This document shows, one piece after another, positions 22,709 through 37,934 of a stretch of 64,000 bases of DNA. The position numbers and the translations under genes were made by a program. How positions within the stretch are numbered: position 1 is the stretch's first letter; each line of letters opens with the position of its first letter. Below the pieces are notes generated by a model. The model was not told the DNA's origin and searched no databases. It saw only the letters and a list, made by a program, of their open reading frames with translations. The DNA lies in contig CAVNZM010000017.1 of NCBI GenBank assembly GCA_963693365.1, positions 4,321,375-4,385,374 of the forward strand, given 5' to 3'. The stretch is from Amoebidium appalachense. Lineage: Eukaryota > Protista > Ichthyosporea.

Positions 22709-23991
22709 GGGGGGGGGGGGGGGGGGGGGGGGCAGATCGGATATAGAATAGAGGACGGGAGCGACAGTACTTTAAGCGTGATAACTTAGCTCTTAATAAG
22801 TTGTGTTGCTGTGTTCCAGGCCCAAGGTTCATGGATTTGAAAGCAGTAGCCGTGATACAGGTGAACAGACATCCTTTCCCATGGCCGAGTCAGATATCCT
22901 TTCCCTCACCCCTCTCTTCCCCCAATCAGCGGGAGAAGTTTCTGGGGAGTGGAAGGTGTATGTGCGTGGGGGGAACGGGAGGTGGAAGGAGAGGGGAGGA
23001 GGGGGAGGGGGGGATGTGGTGTGTGTGTGTGTGTGTGTTGGGGGGAAGAGGGGGGGGGGGGGGGGGGTGTTGAGTTACAGTATGCCACGGTTTGTGTATG
23101 TGTGTTGTGTGTGTGTGCGTGCGCGCGTGCGCGCGTGTGTGTATGTGCGTGTGTATGTGTGTGCACGTGTGCACGCACGCACGTGTGCATAGGCACGCGT
23201 GTGTGCGCACTTCAAAACCACAACTAAGCTTCACTGAGACCCATTTTTAAGCAAACGCTGATTATACTCAGTAACTTTATCCCTTAAAAAAACACACTAT
23301 GCAAGCAGTGGTAAGACACATTCATAGACTTTCTATGCCAACCAATCACTTACCTCCCATAGTTCTATAATAAACAACCTAAAACGAAGAAATTTCAGCA
23401 TTCAATTTTGCATATCAACACAAAAAACGAACGCTAAAGAACACACTTAGTAACCAAAAAAAACCAAAACAAGCCAAGTGTACGCTCTTTGAGTGCGAGT
23501 CTGATGCAAATGTACACTCTTCGAGAATTCGAGAAAAGAGTACTGCATGACCATACACATTTGCCTGCTCAACCTCTGCATGTGTACACTCCTAGATCTA
23601 GATACGTTGCATATATCAAAAACTAGTGGAGGTGAAAGGTATTTAAATGGGGAAGCGAGAGGGCCTATTACTGAAACAGTACCGTGACATGTACACACAT
23701 TCACTAAACAGCAGCATAAACATCGGGCACATACAGAACAGCAGACACAGAGCGATGGTACGTAGTTCTGGGACGCGGTTCTGGGATGCATGTTGTGCAT
23801 AGCAACAGGGTACCCGTGTGAGTGCTTACACATGGCATGACCTCCTCCTCCTCCCCCCCTCTCCCCCCTCCCTCCCGGGCTCCACCCGCCCCCACCACCG
23901 GTACCACCACCAAACACACACACACGCCCTTCTCCTCCCATCCCTTCCCCTCCCCCCCCCCCCCCCCCCCCCTTCCTTTCCCCTCCCTCCC

Positions 23992-24022
<31 letters not shown>

Positions 24023-24533
24023 ACACACAGTTACACACTTTGAATCCCATCCCACCAAAACATGAATACTTACGGGATAGTGAGGATGGAAGGGTGTGTG
24101 TTTGGGCGGGAGGGGGGGGTATCTGGTGAACCCTATAAAAATAGCCGACGGGGAGCCATAAACTTTAATCCCAAAATCACCTGTTATCTTAGTGAGTTAA
24201 CCTTAAAATTTAGCCTCACGGCTTAATTTCGACTTCTTCTGCATGACCTCAGAGGGATGACAATGATGGCCCTGTTGTCATAGTATTATGAATCATGTAT
24301 TTGAAAACATGGGGAATTGTACACTACGGTATTATGGTGACGGCACAAGATTCTACCAAAATTTATAGGGTCCCAAGTCTGCCAAAGTTGTAGTGAATTG
24401 GGGTTACCCAGTCTGCCGGGAGACTGTGGGTGTTACAGTATGAAGATAGATGTGTGTCCGTAAGGACACGAAACCCATGGTACATGTAGGTGTGTGTGTT
24501 GGTGTGCGTGCGTGTGTGTGTGTATGTGTGTGT

Positions 24534-24619
<86 letters not shown>

Positions 24620-24708
24620 ATGTGTATATATGTGTGTGTGCGTGTGTGTATGTATGTGTGTGTGTGTGTGCGTGTGTGTGTGTATGTGTGGGTGTGTGGG
24701 TGTGTGAG

Positions 24709-24793
<85 letters not shown>

Positions 24794-25084
24794 CGCGCGC
24801 GCGCCCGTGTGCGTACGTGCGTGGCGCGAGCACGCGCCCGCGCGGATTCGCTAATAATCAGTGACATATTTAAGTTGTGCCGTTTCTTACAGTACTAGTG
24901 TTCATTACTATAATCTCAAAAGGTGTGTGGGCCAGGAGCATCACCTTCCTTGGGCACAGAAACACACAGAGAATACCGTAGGTGTGTGCTGTGCACCGTA
25001 AACATACGTGTGTGTGTGTGTAGCGAGCCTCAGGTATGCATATGTGTGTGTGTGTTTTTTTTTTCCCCCTCCTGCTAGGGTGGC

Positions 25085-25267
25085 TAGGTAGTAACCCTGG
25101 GCAAAGTGTGTACTTATAGTTAGGTTGTGAAGGACGGTTTAGCTTAGCTGAACTCATAGATAGCACCTTAACTAGTGTACTTTCGGTGCTGGGTGGTAGA
25201 CGGTAGTTTCCCAAGAGGGCCTGCAAAGGCTCTCCGGGAACAAAGCGTGATAAAATAAAATAAAAAA
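25085..25267 (+). repeat. Retroposon-like 3' end with terminal hairpin and A-rich tail
   Basis: Homologous to 42668-42850 (minus strand); ends gggaac...gataaaataaaataaaaaa. Confidence 0.65.
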
Positions 25268-25979
25268 TGGGGAGTAACTTTGTGTGTGTGTGGCACTGGG
25301 TGGGTGAGCATACACACATCGATATCTGCGTGCATGTCACCGTCATGCACGTGTGTGCTCATGTTTTTCTGTGTGTGCGTGAACATGATCTGTGTGCATG
25401 TACATGTGTGCCTGCACATATGCGCATGCGCACACGTGCATGTGTACATGAGGTACACGTGTGAGTGTGCGTACATAATGATTCCTGTGCAGGTCTATTT
25501 TTCATACATCTGTGTAAGCATGTGCACGTGTGGGGGTACGCATAAGTGTACATGCGTGTCAATGTGTGTGTGTGTGTGTGTGCCATCGGCTGTGCCACGT
25601 TCATGTGTGTGCCGATCTCAACCAGTGAGTTAAATTTCTGGTCGTGCCCGGCCGCGCTCATAGTATTGTATTAGCGGCGTAGCAAACAGTTATTATGCTG
25701 GTTTTTCTGTGGTGTCGGAGAAGGAGAGTAAATAGGTATGGGAGGTGAAACAGGGCACCGTTGGATTAGAAGAGAATTCGCAACGGAGCCCGGAAAAGTC
25801 ACTCAGGGGCACACCGATCATGATTCGAGCTGGGTAAGACAGGGGGACGGGACTAAATTGCATGGCCGGGCTGGAGGCGATCTCGCGGGGCAAAAGGAAA
25901 GTGTCTCGGAGATAGAAAGGTAATCCGTGTGTGTGCGTGCATGTACATATCCGTCTGTCTGTGTGTGCGTGTGTGTGTC

Positions 25980-26027
<48 letters not shown>

Positions 26028-27665
26028 TTTGTTTGTTTGTGTGTGTGTGTGTGTGCGTGTGCGTGTGTGTGGGCCATGGTGTGTGAGTGCGTGCGCGTGC
26101 GTGCCATGACACTCAGTGACAAGAGCGAATTGGATTCATCCCTTGCGCATGCACACGACGACCAGCCTGTGAAATTGTGACATTGGCTTTGCTATGGCCG
26201 CTGTAACATAACTGTCCCTGAAACTCCGAAAAGTTTCCCTATCTTCAGGTTGAGGTTAGGTCCACCAATGTTTTTCTAATTCGGCCAATTAACCGTAACC
26301 CCTAAAAACGGTTGGTGACTCTATTATTACGGCCATCCAGGCAACTCAATTGGTGCCAGCCAAGAGGATTTTCACACCCTGACGACGCCGTCTCCAAACT
26401 TTCCAAAGCACATTCCCCCCCTCTCGGCCCGCTCCCATTACACAATGTGCCAAACGCATTGTTGATTGGCTATTCTATTTCATTTTATTTCTGAATAGGT
26501 AAGATCTGGGCTATGCTATCCAATAGAGTCACGCATGGTGACGTCATGAACTCACCGCGCTTAAGATGTTGTGGGCCAAAGATGAAAGCAATGAAATACA
26601 AATAGGATGCAAGCAAGTGAATATGTCATATTATGGTGACATTATTAATACGATATTTTTCACGCTCGAGAGCGGGCTGTTAGACGGCTGTAACCTACAT
26701 GTTGTTGTACATTAGTCGACCCCGAGGTCCTGCAGCTGCTATGCCGATCCTCGTATATCATACGGCCGGTAGTGGCAATTGCTGACATGTGTAGCAAGAT
26801 CAAAACTCGAATAGCTAATCAGTGTTCAACAGATCCCCCCACTTTGAAATGCCGCTGTAGCTGGTTGGCATAGGATCGCGGTGCGCTTAGCGATTGGCTA
26901 CAGATCATTAAAAACAGAATGTTGATACGTAAGCAGCCAATCAAACGCATCTTGTTTAGCAACGTAATTCCGGGGGTTTTATCGTCATCTGTCGCATAAT
27001 CTTGCGACGTCATTGGTTCCAAGCGGGGTACGATGGAGAAAATTCTGTCTTTGGCCCTCCATTAGTGTAGACCTGTTCTGCACGTGAATTTAATTGTGCG
27101 GCGCACCTCTAACTAACTTTACCAATAGTTACGTTGTTTTGGAAAGTTTTATAAATGTTTAGGGGTTTGGTTAACAAGCACTAGCGTTTTAAAGTTTTCT
27201 GCGTAAATGCTGTCTTTTTTAGCCAGTCACAGAGCCGAAAATCGGACCAAATATGGATCTACGCGCTTTTTAGTCTAGTTTTGATCTGTCGAGATTGCGA
27301 TTGGCTGTTCGACCATGGGATTTGCTGACATGTACACGAATTCAGGCCGAAAGAAAGACAGTCCACTTGACAGTTCACAGTACACAAAGTTTTCGACCGC
27401 CTGCCTAGAAAAACCACCGCCCAACTTGTGCAAGCTCAGTCATTTCAATTTCAAGCACGACCCGGGCCACGTCAAAAACTTATTCGTTCTTTTATAATTA
27501 CACAGGCACACACCGGTACCTCATGTACACGGGCAAGGCAAATGCGTAGACACATGACATGTGATACATACGTACTCCACAACAGTTAACAACTTGAAGA
27601 CGACGTTAAAAACTTTCTAATAGAGCCCAAATTCAAAGCACACATCTTTAGTTTCTCGGTTCATT

Positions 27666-29111
27666 ATGAAAATAATGAAAGGGACACGCGACAACCCCGA
27701 TACCGATAGGATTACGCGCGCTTGTCGATTGAATTCAAAAGATGGGTGGACGCTCGAACGCCGCTACCACACGTGGACATGGGGAATATTCTTTGTTATA
27801 ACAACTGTCCTCGCCTGCATAGAAATGGCAGTGTGCTATCTGGCAGACAGAATGACACAACCAATAGGTGGAAAAGCAGTGGCCCATGCTCTCGTGCGTG
27901 AACTTGCAACTTTGCAAGAAAAATATGTTTCTTTTTCCAACTCAGTCGGAGCCCCGTCACAAACAACCACAAAATTACTCGTCGACCTTATAACTACCTA
28001 CGACAACTTCAAGAAAGACTACGCTCTAATGAAGGAGGTGGGGGCAGATATTAACCGTTTGCATTTTATTGCTACTGGTATAGCTCTTTTCATCGTAGGT
28101 GGGACGGCCGCTCTCGCATTCATCTTCCGTAAGAAACCCGTCGTGCGTTCACGCGGTTGTCTCTACCTCGTGCAACTTTTCGGTTCAGGTCTTCTTGCAA
28201 TTATCCTACTGCACGCACTTGCATGGGTGCAGGGTCTTCCCACTATGCCCGAAGCAGTACCTCAACTGGCGGATTTACAGAGCTTCAACGATTCGTTTTT
28301 GGTCTATGCATACCGCGTGGAGGATATGATCCTGATATTCGGCCAGTTGGGTTTGTTTTTCCTGTGCATGCAAACATCGGCGGTGACACAACGGCAGCGT
28401 ATAATCTATCTCATACACACCAAGATTTGCATCAAAGACAGTTTCGTTAACCACTACCTTTTCCCCGTTTGGCACGTGCCTTTTCTCGCTGTCGCGGCAA
28501 TGAGCGGGTTCATATACGCACACGCCACCAAGGGCATCTCATGGGCTGGGGTTTTATCCATGGCTCCCATGTATCTTATTGCTGTTGTGCACGGGTTTCT
28601 ACTCTTATACTACTCGGCGCTCTCGCACAAGGCTCACTTCATGTGGGCTGATTTCCAAGCAAACATGCGCACGACCGTCGTGGGAATCGTCGTTTTGACC
28701 TGCTATATAACGATCAGCCTGACTCATAGTAACAAAGATATCGCCGCGACTGGGTGGCTTGGCGTGGCCCGGTTCTGGTCATGTCTTATCACATTGGATA
28801 ATCTCTCTTGTCAGGGCATGCAAATGATACTTTCGGTGCGTGACGCCGGAACGGCGCAACTCGAGGGGAAACCGGTTACGTTTGGGCAGCTTCAAGCAAA
28901 GGATTTGGTCGAGAGCGTCTCGGTGGTACCAAATGGCCCAATATCATGGAAGAACGGAAAATTCGATCTCACCGTGATGGGAATTACGCCTCCTAGCACA
29001 GCAGCTTTCGATGTCCGTCGGTTGTCGTTGTGTAGTCTGCCGAGTGACAGGGAGAGTGAAGAAGCTATAGATATCTTCGGATCCAGTGTAAAACTAGTGG
29101 TTAAATTATAA
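27666..29111 (+). CDS. Intronless 8-TM membrane protein, class C GPCR/7TM-like core (481 aa)
   Basis: Long ORF with 8 hydrophobic segments; RKKPVVRSRG after TM1 and QRQRIIYLI after TM3; collinear paralog at 32638-34026. Confidence 0.8.
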   Translation: MKIMKGTRDNPDTDRITRACRLNSKDGWTLERRYHTWTWGIFFVITTVLACIEMAVCYLADRMTQPIGGKAVAHALVRELATLQEKYVSFSNSVGAPSQTTTKLLVDLITTYDNFKKDYALMKEVGADINRLHFIATGIALFIVGGTAALAFIFRKKPVVRSRGCLYLVQLFGSGLLAIILLHALAWVQGLPTMPEAVPQLADLQSFNDSFLVYAYRVEDMILIFGQLGLFFLCMQTSAVTQRQRIIYLIHTKICIKDSFVNHYLFPVWHVPFLAVAAMSGFIYAHATKGISWAGVLSMAPMYLIAVVHGFLLLYYSALSHKAHFMWADFQANMRTTVVGIVVLTCYITISLTHSNKDIAATGWLGVARFWSCLITLDNLSCQGMQMILSVRDAGTAQLEGKPVTFGQLQAKDLVESVSVVPNGPISWKNGKFDLTVMGITPPSTAAFDVRRLSLCSLPSDRESEEAIDIFGSSVKLVVKL

Positions 29112-29805
29112 GCATAAGTTAAACTAATCGTCGAACTTCGTAGAACCTTTTTTGATTTGGCAGTCGATTATATGTATATACTGTTGAATGGAAAAATCAT
29201 TCAACTTGGTGCAGCCCACATACATATCAATTATCAGGCCAGCGATCCTGTATTCTTAGTTTGACATCAATGAATGCGATCCTGTCTTTTTAGTTTGACA
29301 TCAATGAATGGTGTAAATTAGGCACAACCATAGCACTGGTACTATCGGTTCTCAATAAAATGGTGTATTACGTTTCCAGTGTGTATGTAGTCGATATTAG
29401 ATAAAGATGTGTTATGTAGCTGATTGAACCTATAGCACCCTAGCGAGGGTTATAGCATGTGCTTAGAGGAAGCATAATAATTATAGCAGGACAACAATAT
29501 TAAAGTGTAAGGACGGTTAAGAGACTGGGATGATGTGTAACTGAGTCTTTGGCCCCAAAATCCCAAACATTTCCCTCCCCTCATCACCTCCATCGCCCCC
29601 TCCTCCCCCTCCCCCCCTCCCATCCTACCCTATCCCCCTCCAAACCCCCTCCAAACTTTAAAAATTACTCGAGGGGAGGTGTGTGTGGGGGAGGGGGTAT
29701 GGGGGCACATGTGTGCTTTCATTTTTCACGTCACAGTGTCACGTGGGACGCATGGTGTGGTTGTGTTCGTCCTTAGAACATGTGCTTCGGCGGGTGTGTG
29801 TTGGA

Positions 29806-29840
<35 letters not shown>

Positions 29841-29969
29841 CCTGGATGTGTGCAAAATGTGCACGTGCTTGTGTAAGTCACTGGTGTATGTGTATACTCA
29901 ACGTGATGCGCATGTATGTGTAGCTCTCATGCGCAAGCCTGTGCGTGTGTGTACGCACACTCCCGCATG

Positions 29970-30032
<63 letters not shown>

Positions 30033-30157
30033 ATGTGTGGGCGGCGTGCGCGTGTATGTGTGTGTGTGTGTTTGTGCACGCGCGCGTGTTTGTGAATGTG
30101 GGTGGGTGGCCGGGCGAAGAGGTGGGAGTGGGTGGGTGGTGGTGGTGGGAAGGGGGG

Positions 30158-30194
<37 letters not shown>

Positions 30195-30285
30195 CTCGAC
30201 GGTGCACGTTATGATGCTTGCAAGGGTGTTGGTGCATGTGTCACACTTATTCGTATGCAGGTAAACTGGACGTATGCTGTGTGAC

Positions 30286-30337
<52 letters not shown>

Positions 30338-30542
30338 TGCCGTGTGTGAGTGAGTGTGAGAACTTGTGTGCCACAAAGCTGTGTGTGCATGGCATTGCTC
30401 GTTTATAACCAGTAACAAACGATACCACAGTATGTACAGCTTAATGGTCTATTTTTAAAGTTCGATTTTCTCAGCGCACCACTTGTATGACTCCCACGTT
30501 TGTTGGCCCCCACCCCGAACTTGCCCCCCCTCCCCCTAACCA

Positions 30543-30573
<31 letters not shown>

Positions 30574-30819
30574 CCCCCCTAACCCCCCCTCCCCTTTCAC
30601 CACCCACCTCAACCTGCCCGTTCCCATGGAGCACCCTACCATTTCCCCCAGCCATCCTTTCTGTAAACATGGTTGTGTATGTTGTCGGACGGACTACGGG
30701 AGTCGCGCCCTGTAGTTAGTCGCGCGTACTGGCCAATCAGAATGGTTGGGTCAGGAAGCGGCTGTCGTCCCACAATCGCATGGCGAACTGCCCCTGGGTA
30801 GGGCGGCAGTCTCGGCTGG

Positions 30820-31363
30820 GGGTTTATGCACTTTGTATTGCTGCGGACATCGTCCGGGGCCCAGCCTCACTTGACGGTCTATGTACTGCGTTTTCCAGCG
30901 CAGCCAATCAAATGCAGCTAGTGACTTATGTACACTGTATGCAATAAAACAACCCTAGTATAGATTATGGATAAGCAGAAGCTAGCATTGGTAGCTCCGA
31001 GAGAAAGTTAAGACACCGTATCACAATATCATACTGTGCAGCATTACTAAGGTGATCAAACCCGGTCATTTTATAATGGATATACTGGGGGAGAGAAGTA
31101 GAAAAGAGCATAAAGCCGCCCATAACCTCCGGTTCTACCACATTAGCTAACAGGTCACACTTATTGATAGATATGCATCCGCGAGTAAACCACCCCCCAC
31201 ACATATTACACATACGAGCAGGAGACACCAAAAACCGAGTACAACGCCAAGACATAATCATCTTCGCATATTTATACGACACAACATCATGAATAAACGA
31301 ATCTATATAGGAGCCAGATTGTCTAACCGTATCCGCCATATAGGCTACTAGTAGTTGGTGTTT
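30820..31363 (-). mobile_element. 3' fragment of LINE family B (ORF2 C-terminal Cys-rich domain + 3' UTR)
   Basis: IMSWRCTRF...CNMCGG...C; homologous to 58855-59475 and to the C-terminus of the LINE ORF at 49465-51009. Confidence 0.75.
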
Positions 31364-31424
31364 TTGTTGTAGTACGTAGTCCCGTGGTATACAGGAATTT
31401 GGCATATTGGTACGAATGCGTCAC

Positions 31425-32280
<856 letters not shown>

Positions 32281-32637
32281 TATACATCACCACCACTATT
32301 TAACATTAAAAATGGATCGACTACTACTAATAGCCTAAGCACATGTACATTCTAGTCTAGAACCAGTTTCACACTTGCATATACATCATTTTTCCAGTTT
32401 CACACTTGCATATACATCATTTTTTAAAAGCTGTTCACTGTGCAAGCCATTTAGTACTTATGAAGTTCGGCACCACTGTTAAAACTAAAAAGTGCTAAAA
32501 TTCATACAAAAGAAAGAATTTACAACAGTGTCTATGACCGTTAATTGGTTCTAATTTCGATCGAAGTTGACGGTTGCGAGGAAGTTGCCCTAGCCATTAC
32601 AGACGCCGCCTTCTTGTTCTTCAAAAGGAACTCATCA

Positions 32638-34026
32638 CTATTCTGTGGATAATCGGACATTCTGAGAACCACCGTCACAGTCACCATCATCGCTAAGGCT
32701 AGAGTCATCTTCAAGATAATCACGGGGATTTTTCTTGGCGCTTTGCACCTTAGAAATCCCCACCACCACCGCCGCCGACTTCTTATGATGCGAAAATTCA
32801 ATCGGCAATGCTTTCACGGGCCTCACCACCATGTTGTTAGCATCGAGCTGCCCCATCGTGACCGGTTTTCCCTCGAGTTTCGCGGTCCCGGCGTCGCGCA
32901 CCGAAAGCACGACTTGCACGACTTGGCACGAGAGATTGTCCAAAGTGATAACACATGTCCAGAACCGAGTCACGCCAAGCCACCCAGTCGAGGAGACATT
33001 CGTGGCCGGACACGCGTAGCTGAGCGTAATGGTGATGCTGAACGCGATGATACCAACGGCGATTGTGCGCATGTTTGCGTGAAAATCCGCCCAGCGGAAG
33101 TGTGCCTTTCTCGATTTTGTGGAGTAGAAAGTAAGGAGGGAGGCATACACGATAACAATGAGGTATACGGGCAAGGCCTCCTTGGTGCGTGAGTTCATGA
33201 TGCCGGAGTTGACGTGTGTGTAGATAAACCCGGCCATCGCAATGATGGTAAGGAAGGGGATGTGCCACACAAGGAAGAGGTAGTGGTTGACAAAACTGTT
33301 ATCAATGTGGATCTTAGTGTGGATGAGATAGATCATCCGCTGACGCTGGATGACCGCAGACACCTGCATGCACACGAAGAAAACACCGAAAACCGCCATC
33401 ACCAGAATGATATCTTGGACTTGGTATCCGTAAAACAGAAACGAGTCACTGAACTGTTTCATATTCAGAACAGAAGGTACTGTGTCGGGCATTGTGGGCA
33501 ACCCCTGAATCCACACGAGTGTGTGCATCGTAACGAGGGCGAAAAAACCAGAAAGGAACGACTGCAAGAGGTACAGGTAACCGCGGGAGCGAACAGCTGG
33601 CCTTTTCCGGTAAATGAAAGCCAAAATTCCGGTTCCGACCACGACGAAAAGCGCACCTCCGGTGGCAGCGGCCTGAAGACGGTTAATATCCACACCAACC
33701 TCCTTAATGACGAGGTACTGGGAACGGAAATCGTTAAAGGAAGCCAGAAACTCTCGCAGTAGCTGACCCGACTGGGCAGCCGACGCCTTGCCGGCTGCCG
33801 CGGCAAACGCATTGTATCTGGATTCGAGCCCCTTCAGGCCGGAGAGAAGAGCATGCAGTATGTGCCTGCTTCCTGCGCGCACTGTCATTGACTCTGCAAC
33901 AGTGAAAATTGCGATTTCGACGCTTGCGAGCACGATGATAAGAACTAGAAAAATGCACCACGTCCATGTGTGGTAGCGGCGTTCCAGGGACCACCCGGTG
34001 GGTGTGTTGTTCTTTGTGGCTGTCAT
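32638..34026 (-). CDS. Intronless 8-TM membrane protein, paralog of 27666-29111 (462 aa)
   Basis: Shared blocks GWxLERRYHTWTW, KEVGxDINRL, QRQRxIYLIHTKI, VNHYLF, KAHFxWADFxANMRT, ITLDNLSCQ, SVRDAGTAxLEGKPVT. Confidence 0.82.
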   Translation of the reverse strand: MTATKNNTPTGWSLERRYHTWTWCIFLVLIIVLASVEIAIFTVAESMTVRAGSRHILHALLSGLKGLESRYNAFAAAAGKASAAQSGQLLREFLASFNDFRSQYLVIKEVGVDINRLQAAATGGALFVVVGTGILAFIYRKRPAVRSRGYLYLLQSFLSGFFALVTMHTLVWIQGLPTMPDTVPSVLNMKQFSDSFLFYGYQVQDIILVMAVFGVFFVCMQVSAVIQRQRMIYLIHTKIHIDNSFVNHYLFLVWHIPFLTIIAMAGFIYTHVNSGIMNSRTKEALPVYLIVIVYASLLTFYSTKSRKAHFRWADFHANMRTIAVGIIAFSITITLSYACPATNVSSTGWLGVTRFWTCVITLDNLSCQVVQVVLSVRDAGTAKLEGKPVTMGQLDANNMVVRPVKALPIEFSHHKKSAAVVVGISKVQSAKKNPRDYLEDDSSLSDDGDCDGGSQNVRLSTE

Positions 34027-35124
34027 TCTGCTTATAAATTTGAGAGACTAAACTACTTGATGTTACAAACTGGGTTTGTGTGAATGTGTGATATGCTTTT
34101 TTCGTGAAGTTTCGCGAGTGCAACTCGCAGAAATTTGTGACCTTCAAATTTTGGTTGAGGACACGTCCGTGGAACTCGTGAGTATACAATCAACCTGCTT
34201 CGATTTGGCTGAGATGTGCCGGTTCTTTAACTAGCTTGGTCCCTATAAACTGTGTGTTCAATAGCTAAACATGGGGGACATAATGCAACTTCATGGGCGG
34301 AACGTGAAATGTGGCAAGGTGGGTAAGTTGGCACCGCCTTTTGTGTGGCCGCGCGTGTGCCGGACGACTGTGCATGCCCGTGGTTCAGATCCGCAGTGGG
34401 GCCATGTCGACTCAATGAATAGTCCGTGCATAAGGTTCCATGTTTCCATGTTCTGCCCGGCCATGCGGGTCACTTCAAGAATCAAAAATAGCAACCCCGC
34501 TGGGCTGATTCTTTTGCTATACCTTTTTTATTTGGTTTTGAATATCTTTTCATTTTTTTATAGCAAACATAATGAATTATTATAAGAATTATATCCTGGA
34601 CTATGTATGTTGCTTGCACCCGCACGCGTATGTGAGCGCGCGGCTGCCAAGCATCTTGCATGTGGATTCGGGTCCAAAAACTATTCACATCTGTTGGTCC
34701 TATTCGCATTAGGGGTTTTTAGAGGAAACGATTGGCTGTTTACAGCCAATCACAATTTGGTTTAAGCCGCCAATAGGAATCGAGAAAGGCACCAAAACAG
34801 GGCTTCTTAGAAATTCCGATCTACGTTCTCAGGCTTTCAATCCGACTCGAAAAACCATTGACCTTAACGCTCACGTACACACACCGTGACACACACACAC
34901 GCACACACAGACGCACACACACACACAGACACACACACACACACATACATTCTCTCTCTCTTTGCTGCTGCTGTCTCTCTCGCACACGTCACACATGCAT
35001 TCTCTCTCTCTCTGCCTCACACACACACGCACACGCACACGTGCACGTGCACACGCACATGCTGTACTCTCTCTCTCTCTCTGCCTCATACACACACGCA
35101 CACACATTCTCTCTCTCTCTGCCT

Positions 35125-35156
<32 letters not shown>

Positions 35157-35250
35157 CACACACGTGCACACACACACACGCGCGCGCGCGCGCGCGCATG
35201 TATACACACACCCACACCCACACACACCCACACATTTCTCTCTCTCTCTG

Positions 35251-35329
<79 letters not shown>

Positions 35330-36289
35330 CACACGCACGCATAAATTGTCTCCCTCCGTGCCTCTCTCTTTCACGCACACGTCACACACACACAATATAT
35401 CATCTCTCTCAGTTCTGCCTCTCACACACATACATAAATATGCCACTGCAGAGAGTCTGCTCCCCCACCGCCACCCACCCACTCACGAGCCTTACCTAAC
35501 AGCGGCCCACTGGTACCAGCTGGCCAGTGGCCGCCCACATAAACACGCATGCACGTTGCATTCACACACAGACTGACACAGCCCCCTCCCCCCCCCCCCC
35601 CCCCCCCCCCCCTCCCCCCCCTCCGGCCCCCCCTCTCTCTCGAGCTCGAGCCAAGATAAATGACAGTAGCACATTCTATTAATTAGCATTTACACGACAC
35701 TATGTAAATCCCAGCATTCATTTGATGAACAGACACAAACACACACAACTAAGATATAAACACACACGGCATAAGCATAATGGCTTTTCGGACTGACTGA
35801 GTTTGTAGCGATGTTATCACCCCTCAAAAGCGCTTTTTCGCATGTTATCTATCTATTTCCTGAAAGCCCATAACTTTTACTTTATTGTTTTGTAGAAATA
35901 ATAGTCATGCAGGCAGCGCTGCAGCTAAAAACGTTAGCCAGCAAGGGGAAAAAACTAACCTTTTATGGTTAGCCACCTGCCCAAAATGGCGCGTAAAGAA
36001 TTGGCTAATTTTGATTGAGTAACACCTGCCACCATGCTCACGGCATATCATATGCACACACGCCTTTGACAAACATGATGCATATGGTGATTGTCGCAGT
36101 AACACACAACATGTCATACATACACAAGCCTGTCGTAGGCATAGGTAGCAACTCAAGATCAGAATTTCGTTTTAGGACTGTACTAAACAGCTGCCCACTT
36201 CTATCGCAGCAGGCTACTCTTTAGCGGCCGCTTCGCTCGCACCTTCACACATGCAACCAAAGTTCTGACTCATACTAATTGCGACCAAA

Positions 36290-36320
<31 letters not shown>

Positions 36321-36439
36321 AGGCCCCGCCCCGCCGCCCGCCCAACCTCACTTTGTCACTGTGCACCACAGTGATCTTATCTGGGGGTTTAGGGTGGGTG
36401 GCTGGGTGGGTGAGGTGGGGTAGGGTGGTTTTTTTTTTT

Positions 36440-36487
<48 letters not shown>

Positions 36488-37033
36488 GAACCCAACACCG
36501 AGAGCACTTGCGCCTCTCTCTCTTCCCCCCTCCCCCCTCCCCCCCCCCCCCCGGCCCTGCCTCTTGTTTTTAATCGTTTTGCAAGTGCCCCCCCCTCCCC
36601 CCCCTCCCCGGGACGCAGCGGCTCCTGCGTGCACGGTCCGCACAAAAGCAATCTGTGTGCGTGTAATCTCTCTCCCCCCCCCCCCACACACACACACACA
36701 CACACCCTTCCCTCCCTCCTTCCCCCCTTTCCTCCCCCGGGGCCCCTCTTTCCTCCCACACTTCTTCCCTCTCTCCCTAGACTCTCTCCCTCTCCCTCTC
36801 CTCCCCCCCCCCCCCCCCCTCTCTCCCCTCCCTCTCTCGCCTTCCCTTCTTTCTCTCCCCCTCCACCCCGCCGTAACCGTTCTTGCTCTCTATCTCTGTC
36901 CCTCTCTCCTGTCTTCCCCCCCTTTTGGGAGTCACTTACTCACTCACTCTCTCCCTCTCCCCCCCCCTCTCTCTCCCTCCCTACCTCTCTACCTCCTCCC
37001 CCCCCCCTCTCTCTCTTGTGTACACACACACAC

Positions 37034-37794
37034 TGTTGTTTTGTACGGGTCTAAGGGAGCAGAGTGCACAGAGGTGTCATGTAAAACACGACTAACACAT
37101 TAATGTGAGGGCAATCGGAGTTGTTCACGAGACATTGAAAGATTCAAACAACAACTAAATCTTTATTGTGCTCTCGGTTCCTTTTGTACTTGCGACTTAT
37201 CACCTTATCACAACTGAAGAGGGAGAACCAATCGGTTCTATCAGAAGATAGAAAAACACATTCCGACAGAGCATACGCATTCCAACTTCCGATTAAACTA
37301 AAGTGTAGAAACTCTTACTTAAATAAATTAAGTAATTATACATCTAGTCACTATTAACTCACATATATATTTATGTTCGTCTCTATAAAGAAACCTATTT
37401 AAATACATATATTTCCTAATAGTCGACACTCTCAAAGTGAAGACACTTTGCAATAAACCGAATTCCATATATATCTATTGTCCAATCACAACACACATAT
37501 ATTAACAGACAGGAATGCACAACACAATCTACAGATGTACTCGCTCGCGACTATTGGCGAGCCATCCTTTTGAGAACAAAACTAAGCCATTTTGAAATAA
37601 AGGAAAGACAACGAGTGAGGCTAGCCAATCACGCTACCTCTCAGATAAACAGAGGAGAGCAAACAGAAATAAAATACAATAAGTTCTTATCAGGCAAGAG
37701 AGCCAGGTGTGCACAGATCTACAGATATCTGTGCCCACAGAAACAAGGGAGAGAGAGATAGCGGGGGGGGGGGGGGGGGGGGGGGGGGGGGAGG

Positions 37795-37842
<48 letters not shown>

Positions 37843-37934
37843 ACAAAGAAGGAAAGCAGACACGAATACAAACAAGCTAAGACACATACATACTTCAAGG
37901 CTCTTGCTGTCATACATGGTGACGTATTCCAACA
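37034..37934 (-). mobile_element. Solo LTR, inverted copy of 21732-22708
   Basis: TG...CA termini; CACAC on both flanks (insertion into a CA repeat). Confidence 0.7.

Noticed and set aside
32474-32530. Tiny CACTGTT...AACAGTG inverted repeat as a MITE
   Set aside because: Only a 7-bp match and no TSD
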